64,000 nucleotides of DNA from Octopus sinensis (Eukaryota). Shown here piece after piece: positions 28,341 to 40,142 of this stretch (the stretch's first letter is position 1; each line of letters starts with the position of its first letter). The DNA lies in assembly GCF_006345805.1 (NCBI RefSeq), contig NC_042998.1, positions 154,070,001 to 154,134,000 on the forward strand, written 5' to 3'. A program made the translations under genes and the position numbers. The notes beneath the pieces are model-generated. The model did no database searches. It was not told where the DNA came from and worked only from the letters and a program-made list of their open reading frames with translations.

Positions 28341-29835
28341 ATGCAGGTATTATTCAAATTCTTTTACTTCTGACACATATTTTGAAGATATTACTGGTAT
28401 TATTCCAAAGGAATAAAATGCTGTAAAACAATGTAATCTATTCAGGGAAATGAATAAATGAAACTCGTCAATAAGACATTTTAACAAAAAATGATGGATA
28501 TGTATAGTGATTAACTGAATGCTATTAAGTTAGTTTCAAAAAATGTTATAGGATATAACATCAAAGGTAGCCTATAGAAAGAGGAGGTGTAAAGGAAAGA
28601 AAAAACAAATAAATGAGAAGTATATAACTATATGTATATTAAATAAAACCATATAGACTTGGAAAAAGATATCTAGTGAATGTGAAATGTGAAAAGAAAA
28701 TTAATGTTTAAATTATATTTAATGATAGATATTACTTATATGAACTAAAGGTGTGTTTCTGCCAATGTTTACATCGGTATACATGCTCTATAACCGGAGA
28801 TTTTTAGAAAAAAGAATAAAAAATAGTTCAGAATTACAGAGAAGACAGAATTCCTTGACTTTGTCATAAGGTATTGAGATTGAGAGAATCAAGCAATCTA
28901 AATTAAATTGTTTATTGTGGTCTTTTAGATACCAAATTAATGTACTAAGCCCTGTACTGTTACATTTATTCCTATCTCTAAATGTAGAGTAATGATTAGA
29001 AATTCTTTTAGATAACTGTGATGAGCTGTCTATATAAAAAATACTTCATTGCCAGAAGTAACTTTACACTGGTATATAGAATTTTTAATTTTAGAGTTAC
29101 TTGACATAAATTTGATTCTGTTGTAATTGACTTCAGATACAAAAACCTTGTTATTAATATTTCTAGGGGAATGGATGGTATTAGCTAAATTAATGTTAAT
29201 ATTAGTAAATGTATCAATATTTAGCAGGTTAATATTATGTGAAGAGATAATTTGTAAGAGATTTTTTGCGTTGGAAAAAAACCAATCCTAACCGTGTGCA
29301 AGTTAATAATAGAGTAATACCTAGAATTCTTAGGAAAATTCCTAATAATAGCTTCACGAAACTGCAAGGGAAGATTAGCTTTAATTTACCTCCAGTAAGG
29401 AATAATTACCCAAATGGTTTTACTATTAGTTACCTTATTTTTAATGTAACTATCTTTGAAAGACATAGATTTACCTTTAGAATGAAAATAGGGGATTGAA
29501 TAAGGGTTATCTCCCTTCCTCTGTTTGGTGTTGGCGTATAAATTAAAATTGATATCGTTTATATCCTTACAACTAGATTTCATATCTCCATTAGTAAAGG
29601 TAGAATAGGATTGAATAGAATTAATGTAGGTAACTTTCTCTGTATAACCTGCTTTAAGTAAGGCAGAGTTATAAAATTCCTTTCTGCATTTCCCTGAAGA
29701 GTTATAAAATTCATTTCTGCATTTCCCTGAAGAGAAGATTACATTGTTTTACACCATTTTATTCCTTTGGAATAATACCAGTGATATTTTCGAAACATGT
29801 GTCGGAAGTAAAAGAATTTGAATAACACCTGCGTT
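28341..29835 (-). mobile_element. Penelope-like element relic with inverted, hammerhead-bearing terminal repeats
   Basis: Minus-strand translation by hand: IWVIIPYWR*IKANLPLQFREAIIRNFPKNSRYYSIIN and GIY-YIG SIYQCKVTSG...KRISNHYSTFR...STGLSTLIWYLKD...CLLCNSE...YRCKH. Arms 28341-28462 and 29710-29835 are reverse complements. Confidence 0.85.
29721..29809 (+). ncRNA. Type I hammerhead ribozyme with a 58-nt stem II
   Basis: atttcc-CTGAAGA(29727-29733)-gaagat...attttc-GAAA(29792-29795)-catgtg-TC-ggaagt. Stem I 6 bp, stem II closing 6 bp, GUC triplet. Confidence 0.8.
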
Positions 29836-29899
29836 TAACTCCATTTATATATATATGTGTGTATGTGTGTGTGTACATATATATATGCATGCATATATA

Positions 29900-30120
29900 T
29901 ATATATATATGCATTTGTAGTGACCCCGTGTGTATCATTGGCAATTTTCTTTCTCCGTCTTCTCTTCCTTGGACCTTTCCTTCTATGTTTCTGATGAAGA
30001 ACTCCACTTGAAACGTTAAATCCTCCTTCTTTCTTTCCTTTCCTGAGCATCCAATAGCACTATACTTGTTCCACATTCTCACGTTGTGTTTTCTCTTTGT
30101 TCATGTTTGGATTAACTATA
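29900..30120 (+). mobile_element. PLE-type terminal fragment with a minimal, partly decayed hammerhead
   Basis: gttt-CTGATGA(29991-29997)-agaactccactt-GAAA(30010-30013)-cg-TT-aaat; stem III is only acgt; flanked by (TA)n. Confidence 0.6.
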
Positions 30121-30167
30121 TATGCATATATATATGTATATGCATACATATATATATGTATGCATTT

Positions 30168-30217
30168 AACGGTGGTGCATCAGCATGGCCGCAACTCTGA
30201 GCTGAAACTTTAAAAAA
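30168..30217 (+). mobile_element. Isolated 50-bp LINE family A 3' tail
   Basis: aacggtggtgcatcagcatggccgcaactctgagctgaaactttaaaaaa matches the tails at 1365-1400 and 18790-18845 (minus). Confidence 0.8.
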
Positions 30218-30319
30218 TATATATATATATGCATTTATATATTTATATATGCATATATATTTATGCATATATGTATATGCATATATATATGCATTTATAT
30301 ATATATTTACATATGCATA

Positions 30320-30800
30320 TATGAGTACAGGATGTCACCAACAGTAAACAACATAAAATACGAAAACAAATGAGTTCAATACACAAAGAACAAGAGAAAT
30401 AAATGGAAAACAGGACAAGTAGCCCAAAGAACGACTCTTCATATAGGAGTAGGAGTGGCTGTGTGGTAAGTAGTTTGCTTACCAACCACATGGTTCAGGG
30501 TTCAATCCCACTGCGTGGCACCTTGAGCAAGTGTTTTCTACTATAGCATCAGGCTGACCAAAGCCTTGTGAGTGGATTTGGTAGACGGAAACTGAATGTA
30601 TGTGTGTTTCTGTGTTTGTCCTTGCAACATTGCTTGACAACTGATGCTGGTGTGTTTACATCTCCGTAACTTAGCTGTTTGGCAAAAGGGATCGATAGAA
30701 TAAGTCCTGGGGTTGATTTGCTCGACTAAAGGCAGTGCTCCAGGATGGCCACAGTCAAATGACTGAAACAAGTAAAAGAATAAAAGAAAAAAGAATATAT

Positions 30801-30846
<46 letters not shown>

Positions 30847-31033
30847 TGGGTACAGGACATCACCAACAGTAAACAACATGAAAAGCGAAAACAAATGAGT
30901 TCAATATGCAAACAATGAGAGAAACAAATGGAAAACAGGACAAGTAACACAAAGAACTACCCTTCATCAGTTGTCAGCTGTCTATCTACTCCTCATTTCG
31001 AGCATTGAATGACAATATGAGTCTTTGAAGACA

Positions 31034-31035
<2 letters not shown>
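30320..31035 (-). repeat. Two direct copies of a PLE-like terminal sequence (30320-30442 and 30846-31035) separated by a SINE
   Basis: g(a/g)gtacagga...caccaacagtaaacaaca...aacaggacaagta occurs twice; related to 26340-26540. Confidence 0.7.
30445..30790 (+). mobile_element. tRNA-derived CORE-like SINE
   Basis: ggagtggctgtgtggtaagtag...ggttcaatcccactgcgtggcaccttgagcaagtg...ggcagtgctccaggatggccacagtcaaatgactgaaacaagtaaaaga. Confidence 0.85.
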
Positions 31036-31078
<43 letters not shown>

Positions 31079-31080
31079 AT

Positions 31081-31220
31081 ATTTAAATAATGAGGGAGAT
31101 AAATTGAATATTAATTTAATTAATATCAATTTAAAACCAAGATTTTTGTATGCTAGGCTACTGGTTTTAAATTGATATTAATTAAATTAATATTTAATTT
31201 ATCTCCCTCATTATTTAAAT
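31081..31220. repeat. Fold-back palindrome, 59 bp arms, 22 nt spacer
   Basis: Arms 31081-31139 and 31162-31220 are reverse complements with one mismatch. Confidence 0.92.
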
Positions 31221-31486
31221 GTTCATATATATATCAAAGAAAAATATGGGATTTTTAAAATCCTGGCAGATACCAATTAAGCACTCAGTATAAAAGAATA
31301 TGGTTAAATTTCCAACAGTCAGGCACCAGTAAATGTAAGTAGTGTACAAATCCCAGGTATATCCTTACGCATGACAGATAAATCCAACAATTCTTTTCTA
31401 AAATTTTAAAATATGGTCACTATGATTTTCTTTGTACATATTATATGTTGCTTTATACACACACATGTATATATAAATATACGCAC

Positions 31487-31527
<41 letters not shown>

Positions 31528-32899
31528 GACATATATGCGCACATACATATATACATATATATACTTGAAATCTGTAACCCCACACTTCATCACACTATCA
31601 TTCCTCACTTCATCATTTCATGTCTACTGTATTATTCTACTTCTGTAAGTCATGAAAGCACACCCTGCTATTAAATACAATACCACAATGCTATTAGTAC
31701 TATTAGTCATCACACCTTCTCCTTTGTACTGTTCCAATTGGCATCCATTTTCATTCTTATCATTCCCACTCATATTTACCACTCCACTCCACTCCATTCT
31801 TGTTCACCATTCATTGTATTCTCTGACCTCTTCTACCCAATATTTATATTCATTCCACTTTCCTCCTACACTCTCACAACCTTACCTATCTTCCTTGATT
31901 CTTCTGTATCTCTGCTCTCTTCTGTATATTTCTTGGACATCTTACTATGAAGGTATGTTCTTGCACCTCATCATCACTGTATTTACCTCAGCTTGAGCCC
32001 CACCACAGTCTCCTCATGCTCCCATGTGAAATGTGAGGTAGCTATAAATTTCCTCCATAAACAGTAAACCTGTTCCTACCCCATTTCCATCATACATTAA
32101 TTTCTCAACACCATAGAGTGACCACGTTATTGCCTATCTTCCCTCTCAGTTTGGGATGTCTCCAATTTTGCAATGTTTGTTGTATTTTGGATTGTCAGCA
32201 TGGATGGGTTTATTGTCTATACGGACAGTAATGCTTAGATACCATGCTGTTATGCATAGAACAGCAGGCCTAAGGTGGTATATTTGAACTGTTGGCTTGC
32301 CAGAGGCTTGAGGTTCATTAATAGGACATACCTCTGGTGACTACTATAAAATTGTTCATTCTTCCTGTTGATGAATAATGCAGGTTGGTGAAGGATATGT
32401 ATTCTCTTGTGGAGGCAAAGTTGGAAATTGCAAGATCCAGGTGAGTACAGAAGGGGCCCCACATACATACATATTAATAATAAGGTTAAAATCTTTCAAT
32501 GAAGTTTTAAAATAAGGTGAAAAAGTATAAAAATAAAATGAAAATCAAGTAATTTTTAAAATTTAAAAAAATGCCCTACTCTTCAGGCATCAAGAAAGAG
32601 AGAGAGTGAGAAGAGTAACATGTCATATTTCTTTGGAAGATGTCACACATGTGATTAGCATGAACATCAAAGAGAAAAAAGACAATTGCTTCAAAAACTC
32701 CAGCTTCTATATCCAGATTACAAATTTACATTTATAACAGCAATAAAGGGAAACTTTGTCTTGTAAGTAAATGCCTAACTGTCAGCCTGGATAAGCTTGG
32801 ATTATCAGAAAAAGAAATCAGCCAACTGACTCACACATTAAAAATACAATCTGTAAGTGGAATAGTAAAACTATGCAAGACTTTTCTCAGGTTTAAAAC

Positions 32900-33980
32900 A
32901 TGACATTGTTTTAGTTACCTATATTTCAATGATGGAGCTTTGTATCTATGTTAGAAACCATTTCCTTCAGAGGAATAATTCAAATGATGAAAAACAGAAG
33001 AGAAACATGAATGCATTGCACAGGTCGATTGTTTTATCACTGATAAAATACAGTATTGCAGAGATATATTTTAAGAGGACAGCCTCCCTGTGATTCTGTT
33101 CATACTTTCAGCAAACCCCTTGTCATTCATGTTGAGGAAGTCTGAGGGGTATTTCACTGGTTCACAAGGAAATAGATATACTAAAAGTTCACACCACTTC
33201 TTTGTGGATAACTTGAAACTGTATGCTATGCATACCATATGCATGAGATAAAAAAGAGCTTTGAACTGGTTACAGCATTTTCAAAGGATATAGAGTTGGA
33301 GTTTGGTCAGGATACATGTTGCTGTATGGTTGTGAAAAGTGGGCAAACTGTAAACCAGACTAGCATCACCTCCATCAAATGATTTAACTGTCTCTCCTAT
33401 ATCTGATGAGGAATGTTACAGATACCTAGGAGTAGATGAAAACATATTTTACAATGGTACCTGTAACAAGACAAGTCACTAAAAAATATTTTGGCTGGAT
33501 AAGGAAATTATGGATCTTGGAACTCTTTGCATTCAATAAAACAATATGTTTGCAGTACCAGTACTCATACCAAGATCTGGGCTACATGATTGGATGTCTG
33601 ATGAAATCTGAGTCATTGATGTGGAAGATACTGACCAACACAAATAATTTTCACATCAACAGAGATGTAGACCACCTCTACTTGAAATGAAAACAAAGAG
33701 GCAGAGGCTTAACATTGACCCAGATTGCCTTTGAATATCATATCATATCCCTTTGGCAACATCTTTTAACCACAAAATGTTGAAGTTCATCCCTTGACCA
33801 AGTTTGCATACACAAGGCAAATAACATCATGTGACTCAGAAAGTAGCTCCTCAAGCAACATTTCTTGCCTGATAACCTTGAAAACATGCCCAAAGAAGTC
33901 ACCATGTCATCAGGTGAAAAGATGAGCATATTTCAGTAGAAGACCATGCATGAATATGTTAGCAGAAAGCTCCAGTAATA
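32900..33980 (+). mobile_element. Old R4/Dong-like non-LTR retrotransposon relic
   Basis: Broken motifs HHFFVDNLKLY (about 33190), EFGQDTC, YRYLGVDEN (about 33420) and LYLK*KQRGRGL (about 33675). Confidence 0.55.
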
Positions 33981-34101
33981 ATTTCTCTCTTAGAGTTGAG
34001 TACCATTTAAGTACAATGCCAACCAAATAGCACAAGCAATTTCATTTCTTTTCTGTACTGTTCATTTCTACTCTTACTCACAACCTCTTTTTTTTTTTCA
34101 G

Positions 34102-34110
34102 AAAAATTAT
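34102..34110 (+). CDS. Candidate 9-nt microexon (KNY) of the host gene
   Basis: ctcttttttttttttcag|AAAAATTAT|gtaagt; keeps phase 0 into the exon at 34232. Confidence 0.45.
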
Positions 34111-34231
34111 GTAAGTTGTTTGAGTTTTTTCTTTATTATGATTTGCATATGTACATGTGCAATTTTTTTTGTTTTTTATTTTATTTTTTTTTTCTAAGTA
34201 ATTCTGATGAAATATGAATATTTACTGATAG

Positions 34232-34287
34232 GAATGGATGAGGCGCATAAAAGCTGAAATGCTTAAAGCCAATAATAGACCCATTCG
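34232..34287 (+). CDS. Host-gene exon; resembles the C-terminal helix of a PH domain
   Basis: ag|GAA TGG ATG AGG CGC ATA AAA GCT GAA ATG CTT AAA GCC AAT AAT AGA CCC ATT CG|gtaagt = EWMRRIKAEMLKANNRPI(R); exit phase 2 matches the exon at 38676. Confidence 0.7.
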
Positions 34288-34649
34288 GTAAGTATTAAAA
34301 TTTATTTTTTGTTTGTGTTTCATTTTCTCATTTTCACTTTTTAATTCATTTATTCATAATTTAATTTGTGGAATATTGGTTGAAGTTGATTGGAGAACAG
34401 AGCTTTAGACTTTGTTGTATTTCAGTGGCATGTGGTGACTTTTGAGGTTAGTCATGCAGTAAATATGAGGGTCAGCTGAAAAGTTTATAGGCTGACCAAT
34501 ACACTCTCATGGAATGTGACCAAATGAGATTTATTTTTCAACACAGTCCCCACTAGCAGACCACACATTTCTTCCATCGGTGTTACAGAACCTGGATCCC
34601 ATTGGTGAAGAAGCTTTCACTCTGTGGATAAAAAAAAATCACCAACAAC

Positions 34650-37000
34650 AGATATGACATGATCATCACTGCTTCAGGATTTTCAATGATGCCTTCAAAA
34701 AGGCTGATTATGAAATTATAATTTTCTTTTGTTGTAAGTGCAAGATGTGAGAAATAATTCTATCTTGTTCCTGTAGCTTTGGGAAATCTTTTTTAACTAT
34801 GTTATCTAACGCATTAGCCCTTTTAGGTGATTTCGTAAAAAATGTAACAGTACATTTATTGTAGAAAAAATATCTTGCATTCTTTTATAGCAGAGGATGC
34901 TTGTGAGAGAACTAAATTTAGGACATGAGCACAACAGTTAACAAAGATCGCACATTTATATCTCTCTCTTACCTTGGACTGCAACCCATTTAATTGTCCT
35001 GCCATTGTAGTGGCACCATCATAAGTTTGTTTCTACACTTCTACGTTTCAATGTATTTAAAAATATATTCAGATAAAGCATTTACTGAATGATCTGCACT
35101 AACATCATTAAAACTGATAAATCATTCTTTAATAACACAATCTTCGATACATTGGATGTTTCATCTACAAGAATAGCTACGAATTTAGCCTGCTTCAGTT
35201 CATTTTGTATTTCATCCAACATAACTTTCTGAAATGCATTGACCAAGTCATTTTGAATTCTGCTTGAGAAACTTGAGAAGAAAATGCCTGTATCAAGATG
35301 GCTTGCCAGGACACATAAGAGGTGCACTAATATCAAAGGAAGGCTAACTGGGAAGTTAGTTTTTGTGTGTGGCAAATGCTCAGGTGCTATAAACACTGAA
35401 AATGTGCAGAAAACAGATTCCGTCACATTCCAGGGGGAAAAAACTATATGTAGTTGATAGCTTCCGTTACCTAGGTGACCAAGTCAGTGACAGGGGTGGT
35501 TGCTCTGAGAGCGTAGCTGCTAGAATAAGAATAGCCTGGGCAAAGTTCTGAGAGCTCCTACCTCTGCTGGTGACAAAGGGCCTCTCACTCAGAGTAAAAG
35601 GTAGACTGTATAAAGCAGGTGTGCAAACAGCCATGCTGCATGGCAGTGAAACATTGGCCATGACTGCTGAGGACATGTGTATGCTTGCAAGGAACAAAGC
35701 TAGTATGCTCTGCTGGATGTGTAATGTCAATGTGCATACATGACAGAGTGTAAGTTCCCTGAGAGAAAAGTTGGACATAAGTAGCATCTGATGTGGTGCG
35801 CAAGAGAGACAACTGCACTGGTATGGTCATGTGTTGCGAATGAATGAGGACAGCTGTGTGAAAAAGTGTCTCACCCTAGCAGTTGAGGGAACCTGTGGAA
35901 GAGGTAGACCCAGGAAGACACGGGATCAGGTGGTGAAGCATGACCTTCAGATGTTGGGCCTCACCGAGGTGATGACAAGTAACTGAGACCTTTTGAGACA
36001 TGCTATGCTTGAGAAGACCCAGCAAGCCAAGTGAGACTGTAACCATGGCCTATGCCAGTGCAGCATAACCAGCCCATTTAAGAGTACCCCTCGTTCATTG
36101 AACAATAAACTTTGCTTGCAAAGACCTGTTGAGGCAAGTGAAGTCATTGTCGTGGCCAATGACAGTACCGCCTGATTGGCACCCATGGCAGTGGTACATA
36201 AAACACACCATTCAAGTGTGCTTGTTTCCAGCACTGCCTGACTGGCTCCCATGCCAGTGGCACATAAAAAGCACCCACTACACTCTCAGAGTGGTTGGTT
36301 TTAGGAAGGGTGTCCAGCTGTAGAAACATTGCCAAATTGGATTGGAGCCTGGTGCAGCTTTCTGGCTTGCCAGCCCCCAGTCAAACAGTCCAATTCATGT
36401 AAGCATGGAACGTGGATGTTAAACAACAACAATGATGATGATGATGATGATCTGAAAGTGTTCTTTATAATTTCTATGATCATTGGATATTTTAGATTCA
36501 AACTGACCCAAAAATGTCAATTCCTGGTGACTGAGTGGGGTAGGTTAGCTAATCGTTATGAAATATAAAAATGCAATTTTATTTGGACCTCACTCTCATA
36601 TTAAAACAGCAAAAGGAAATAAATGATATTCTCAATATAATGATTCCATGCTAATTTGGGGCTCTAGAAGACTTATGTAGTTCAATTCAGTGCATTTTTT
36701 CATAGAAAAAATGCACTGAATGCACTTACCAATCTGTTTATCCATTTCTTGAAATGCTGGCTCAAACTCAATATTTGAGGCCTTAGATTTTCATTCCATT
36801 TCAGCTCTTACCTCATGGGAATATGCCATTTTGACAAGTAGCATTAGTAGTATTCCCTTTTTATTGATTTTGTGCTTTGACAATGACTACATTGAATTTG
36901 CAAGAATTCTTGATAAAAATTTTGAAGAAAATATGTTCTCTTCTAAGTGAAAAGTAACAATAAAATGTTCACTTTTATATTCCATAATGATTATTTGACT
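34650..37000 (-). mobile_element. hAT-family transposase relic interrupted by an RTE insertion
   Basis: Left of the RTE: SRIQNDLV...AKFVAILVDETSNVS, NCCAHVLNLVLSQ and FFTKSPKRANAL. Right of it: HQELTFLGQFESKISNDHRNYKEH and HFKKWINRLVSAFSAFF. Confidence 0.7.
35310..36450 (+). mobile_element. RTE LINE 3' part, older diverged copy
   Basis: Homologous to about 6560-7895 (ttccgttacctaggtgaccaagtc, ggtagacccaggaagac, ttaggaagggtgtccagc) with a (GAT)n tail. Confidence 0.88.
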
Positions 37001-38111
37001 TGCTCCCATTGATTTTTATTACAAAATAAAGTTTTAAAATGGCCTCTTCATGACCATATCATTTTCAAACAGATCAGGTTATAGTGTTCCAGTGCATTGA
37101 AGCACTACTGTTCAGCAGCCAGAACGAAAACTGGACAAACATTGTGAATAGGTGAAAATATAATGGTGAATGAGGGGACCTGGCATGGAGTGAAAGTGTT
37201 CAATTTTGATCAAAAGTATATGAGAAGAAAATTCACATCCAAAACTTTCAAATGATATGTAATTTTCCACAGAAAAAATGTATTTTGACATGAAAATGAT
37301 CAAGCAAAAAGTGTGATTTTGTATGGTCAAATTGTGTTTGTTGCTCCTTCTACAGAGCTCTACAGTGATACATAATTAAACATTTTTGCAATATTTGATT
37401 TTCCTCCTTTTTAACATTCTTTATTCAGATCTTCTCAGCTAAACCTTGAAGGCCAATAAATTTATTCATGCATGCATCAGATGTAAATTCAATTGAAATA
37501 TGCCAGCTTTCTCTTACAGACAGAATAGGAAGTGTGCCAATTTTGTATTTCTTTTACAATAGAATGAAATTAACTTCTTGATTCCATTTGTATTTGTATT
37601 GTAGATGTTAGATACTATTTTAGCTTTCATCGAATCAGTTACAATATACTATTAGTAATTATTGTTTTGGCCCTGGAAGGTAAAATTGAAATGCTGATCT
37701 AAGTATGGAAACAGATCACAAAGTAACTACTTTACTCTGATGTTTTACTATCTCTTGAAGAATACAATTTTATCCATTTGTTACCTGCTTGAGCGAGCAG
37801 ATGAACAGTTTTTTTCTTTGATTAATAATCTATTTTTAATTTTAATTACTATTTGATAAGCTATTTTTCTTTTCATTGTTATGTATTACCTAGAACTCGT
37901 CAGGGTCTTCCCTAAGCCCATTCACAATTCTGTTTCAGATTTATACCATAATAAAGAAATTTTAAAATCCTCAATCATCACCAACAGTAATACCCTTTAT
38001 TTTATTTTAATTTTCAGCTGTTTAACTACTTGTGCATCTCTAGTGAGCAGCAGTATTCATTACTTCATTCATTTTATGTATTCTTTAAGTATTGTTTAAT
38101 TATATACGGAT

Positions 38112-38480
38112 AGGCGCAGGAGTGGCTGTGTGGTAAGTAGCTTGCTAACCAACCACACGGTTGCAGGTTCAGTCCCACTGCGTGGCATCTTGGGCAAGTG
38201 TCTTCTGCTATAGCCCCGGGCCGACCAATGCCTTGTGAGTGGATTTGGTAGACGGAAACTGAAAGAAGCCTGTCGTATATATGTATATATGTATGCGTGT
38301 GTTTGTGTGTCTGTGTTTGTCCCCCTAGCATTGCTTGACAACCGATGCTGGTGTATTTAGGTCCCCGTCACTTAGCGGTTCGGCAAAAAGAGACCGATAG
38401 AATAAGTACTAAAAGGTGGTGCTCCAGCATGGCCGCAGTCAAATGACTGAAACAAGTAAAAGAGTAAAAGAGTAAAAGAG
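38112..38480 (+). mobile_element. tRNA-derived CORE-like SINE
   Basis: ggcgcaggagtggctgtgtggtaagtagc...ggttcagtcccactgcgtggcatcttgggcaagtg...ggtggtgctccagcatggccgcagtcaaatgactgaaacaa(gtaaaaga)3. Confidence 0.88.
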
Positions 38481-38675
38481 TATATATTTCTTACTTTCAG
38501 TTATCTACTATAAAGTGTAACTGAAATTATACTTTTTGATAGATAGTCATAAGTTAGTTCCAAAGTTACTTTTTACTAAGAGATAATAAATACAAATAGT
38601 GGGGTTTTTTTCACCCAACTTACAATGTATAATTGTGAATCATAAAGACATCTTAATTTGTTTTGTTTTATTTAG

Positions 38676-38815
38676 ATCTTTACCTGAAGGTTCTTCTGCT
38701 GAAAGAGTAGATTTTCCTCTTGCCAATATTAACAGTATTGAAGAAGCTATCTATGATGACATTAGTATTGAAGAAGTTATTCAAACTATTCCTGATCAAT
38801 TCAAGATTTCTTGCG
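38676..38815 (+). CDS. Host-gene exon with an acidic Tyr motif (IEEAIYDDI)
   Basis: ttttatttag|A TCT TTA CCT...TCT TGC G|gtatg = (R)SLPEGSSAERVDFPLANINSIEEAIYDDISIEEVIQTIPDQFKISC; entry phase 2, exit phase 1. Confidence 0.75.
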
Positions 38816-39359
38816 GTATGAATTCATCTTTTTCAACATTTAAGTGTAGGAGGCTCATGTATTTCGTAATTTTACATTTTTTGCGTGGATTATTAGTAGA
38901 GTAGTAATGATTGTGCACTGTGCAAATACTTTTCCAACTTTATTGAATGAGCTTATTCCTTAATAGCTATTGCAGTTTCTTCAGTTGCTTTTTTACTAAA
39001 TTATTTTAGCATTGTTCAGGCCTTAGATATCCTTCATTTCAATTTAAGTGAAGGTTTTTTTGTTCAGAATGGGATTGCTAGCAAGTGTTCTTTGGGAATT
39101 CCAGCACTATGACAGATGATTCTCGTCTGCTGCAATCTATGTGTGAGCTTTTATGCACCAAGCAGCTACATGAGAGGATCACTCAAGGCTAACAATGCAG
39201 TGTTTGGTGTTCTAACAAGGTATTCATATTAATATGAATACAAAGATTAGCTTTTAGTATCAATCCTGCTTCTGTCACTAATAATTATTTTTTAATAAGC
39301 CTACTGACTATTTGTGACTTCAGTGTCTGAAGATTTGACTGGCACGTGGTGACTGGTAC

Positions 39360-39405
39360 TTCCCACTGATGAGGTCCAGTAGACCGAAATCATGCAATAT
39401 GGGAA
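39360..39405 (+). ncRNA. Compact type I hammerhead ribozyme, intronic, sense to the host gene
   Basis: ttccca-CTGATGA(39366-39372)-ggtc cagta gacc-GAAA(39386-39389)-tcatgcaa-TA-tgggaa. Stem I 6 of 6, stem II 4 of 4, stem III weakened. Confidence 0.82.
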
Positions 39406-39569
39406 TTCTGCCTTCCGATGATCAATAATATTAATCATTGGCATGAGAGAAACTATGGCAAAGTGATTTAGACATTAAAATACTGTTACTACAATACATA
39501 TTCACGAATCTTCTAGCAATATATATATATATTGAGTCAAGTACATCAACATTAGCAGTATCAAAATCT

Positions 39570-40020
39570 AATCAAATGGAAATTATAGTTGTGAGCCCCG
39601 TGCCAATAGCACATAAAAAGCACCATCCGAACATGGCCGATACCAGTGCTGCCTTGACTGGCTTCCATGCCGGTGGCAAGTGAAAAGCACCATCTGAACG
39701 TGGCCGATGCCAAGTCAAGTACATCAACATCAGTAATATGAAAATCAAATCAAATGGAAATTGTAGTTGTGAGCCCCGTGCCAGTAGCATGTAAAAAGCA
39801 CCATCCGATTGTGGTCAATGCCAGCTCCTCTGGCCCCCTGTACCAGTGGCAAGTAAAAGCACCCACTACACTCGCGGAGTGGTTGGTGTTAGGAAGGGCA
39901 TCCAGCTGTAGAAACACTGCCAGATCAGATTGGGACCTGGTGCAGCCTCCTGGCTTCCCAGACCCCAGTTGAACCATCCAACCCATGCTAGCATGGAAAA
40001 CGATGATGATGATCATCATG
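39570..40020 (+). mobile_element. RTE LINE 3' tail fragment with internal duplication
   Basis: aatcaaatggaaatt(a/g)tagttgtgagccccgtgcca occurs twice; ttaggaagggcatccagctgtagaaac; (GAT)n end. Confidence 0.82.
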
Positions 40021-40054
40021 ATAATCAAAATAAGCAACAGAATATCAAGAGGTG

Positions 40055-40142
40055 ATGCAGTATGACCATTTCAAGCTGCTCCATTTAATTGAACAATGCA
40101 ATCATTACATCAATTTAAATGCAGGGCTCTCCTCAGTTGCAT
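40055..40142 (-). ncRNA. Type I hammerhead with a 57-nt stem II (left-arm copy)
   Basis: Minus strand atgcaa-CTGAGGA-gagc...gctt-GAAA-tggtca-TA-ctgcat. Confidence 0.65.

Noticed and set aside
34464-34640. Mariner-like terminal sequence (tatgagggtcagctgaaaagtt)
   Set aside because: No partner TIR or transposase found in the window; too weak to list as a feature.
37429-37460. Alternative terminal exon (R)SSQLNLEGQ-stop after a good acceptor
   Set aside because: Phase-compatible, but with no support beyond an AG and a pyrimidine tract, which are common in this AT-rich DNA.
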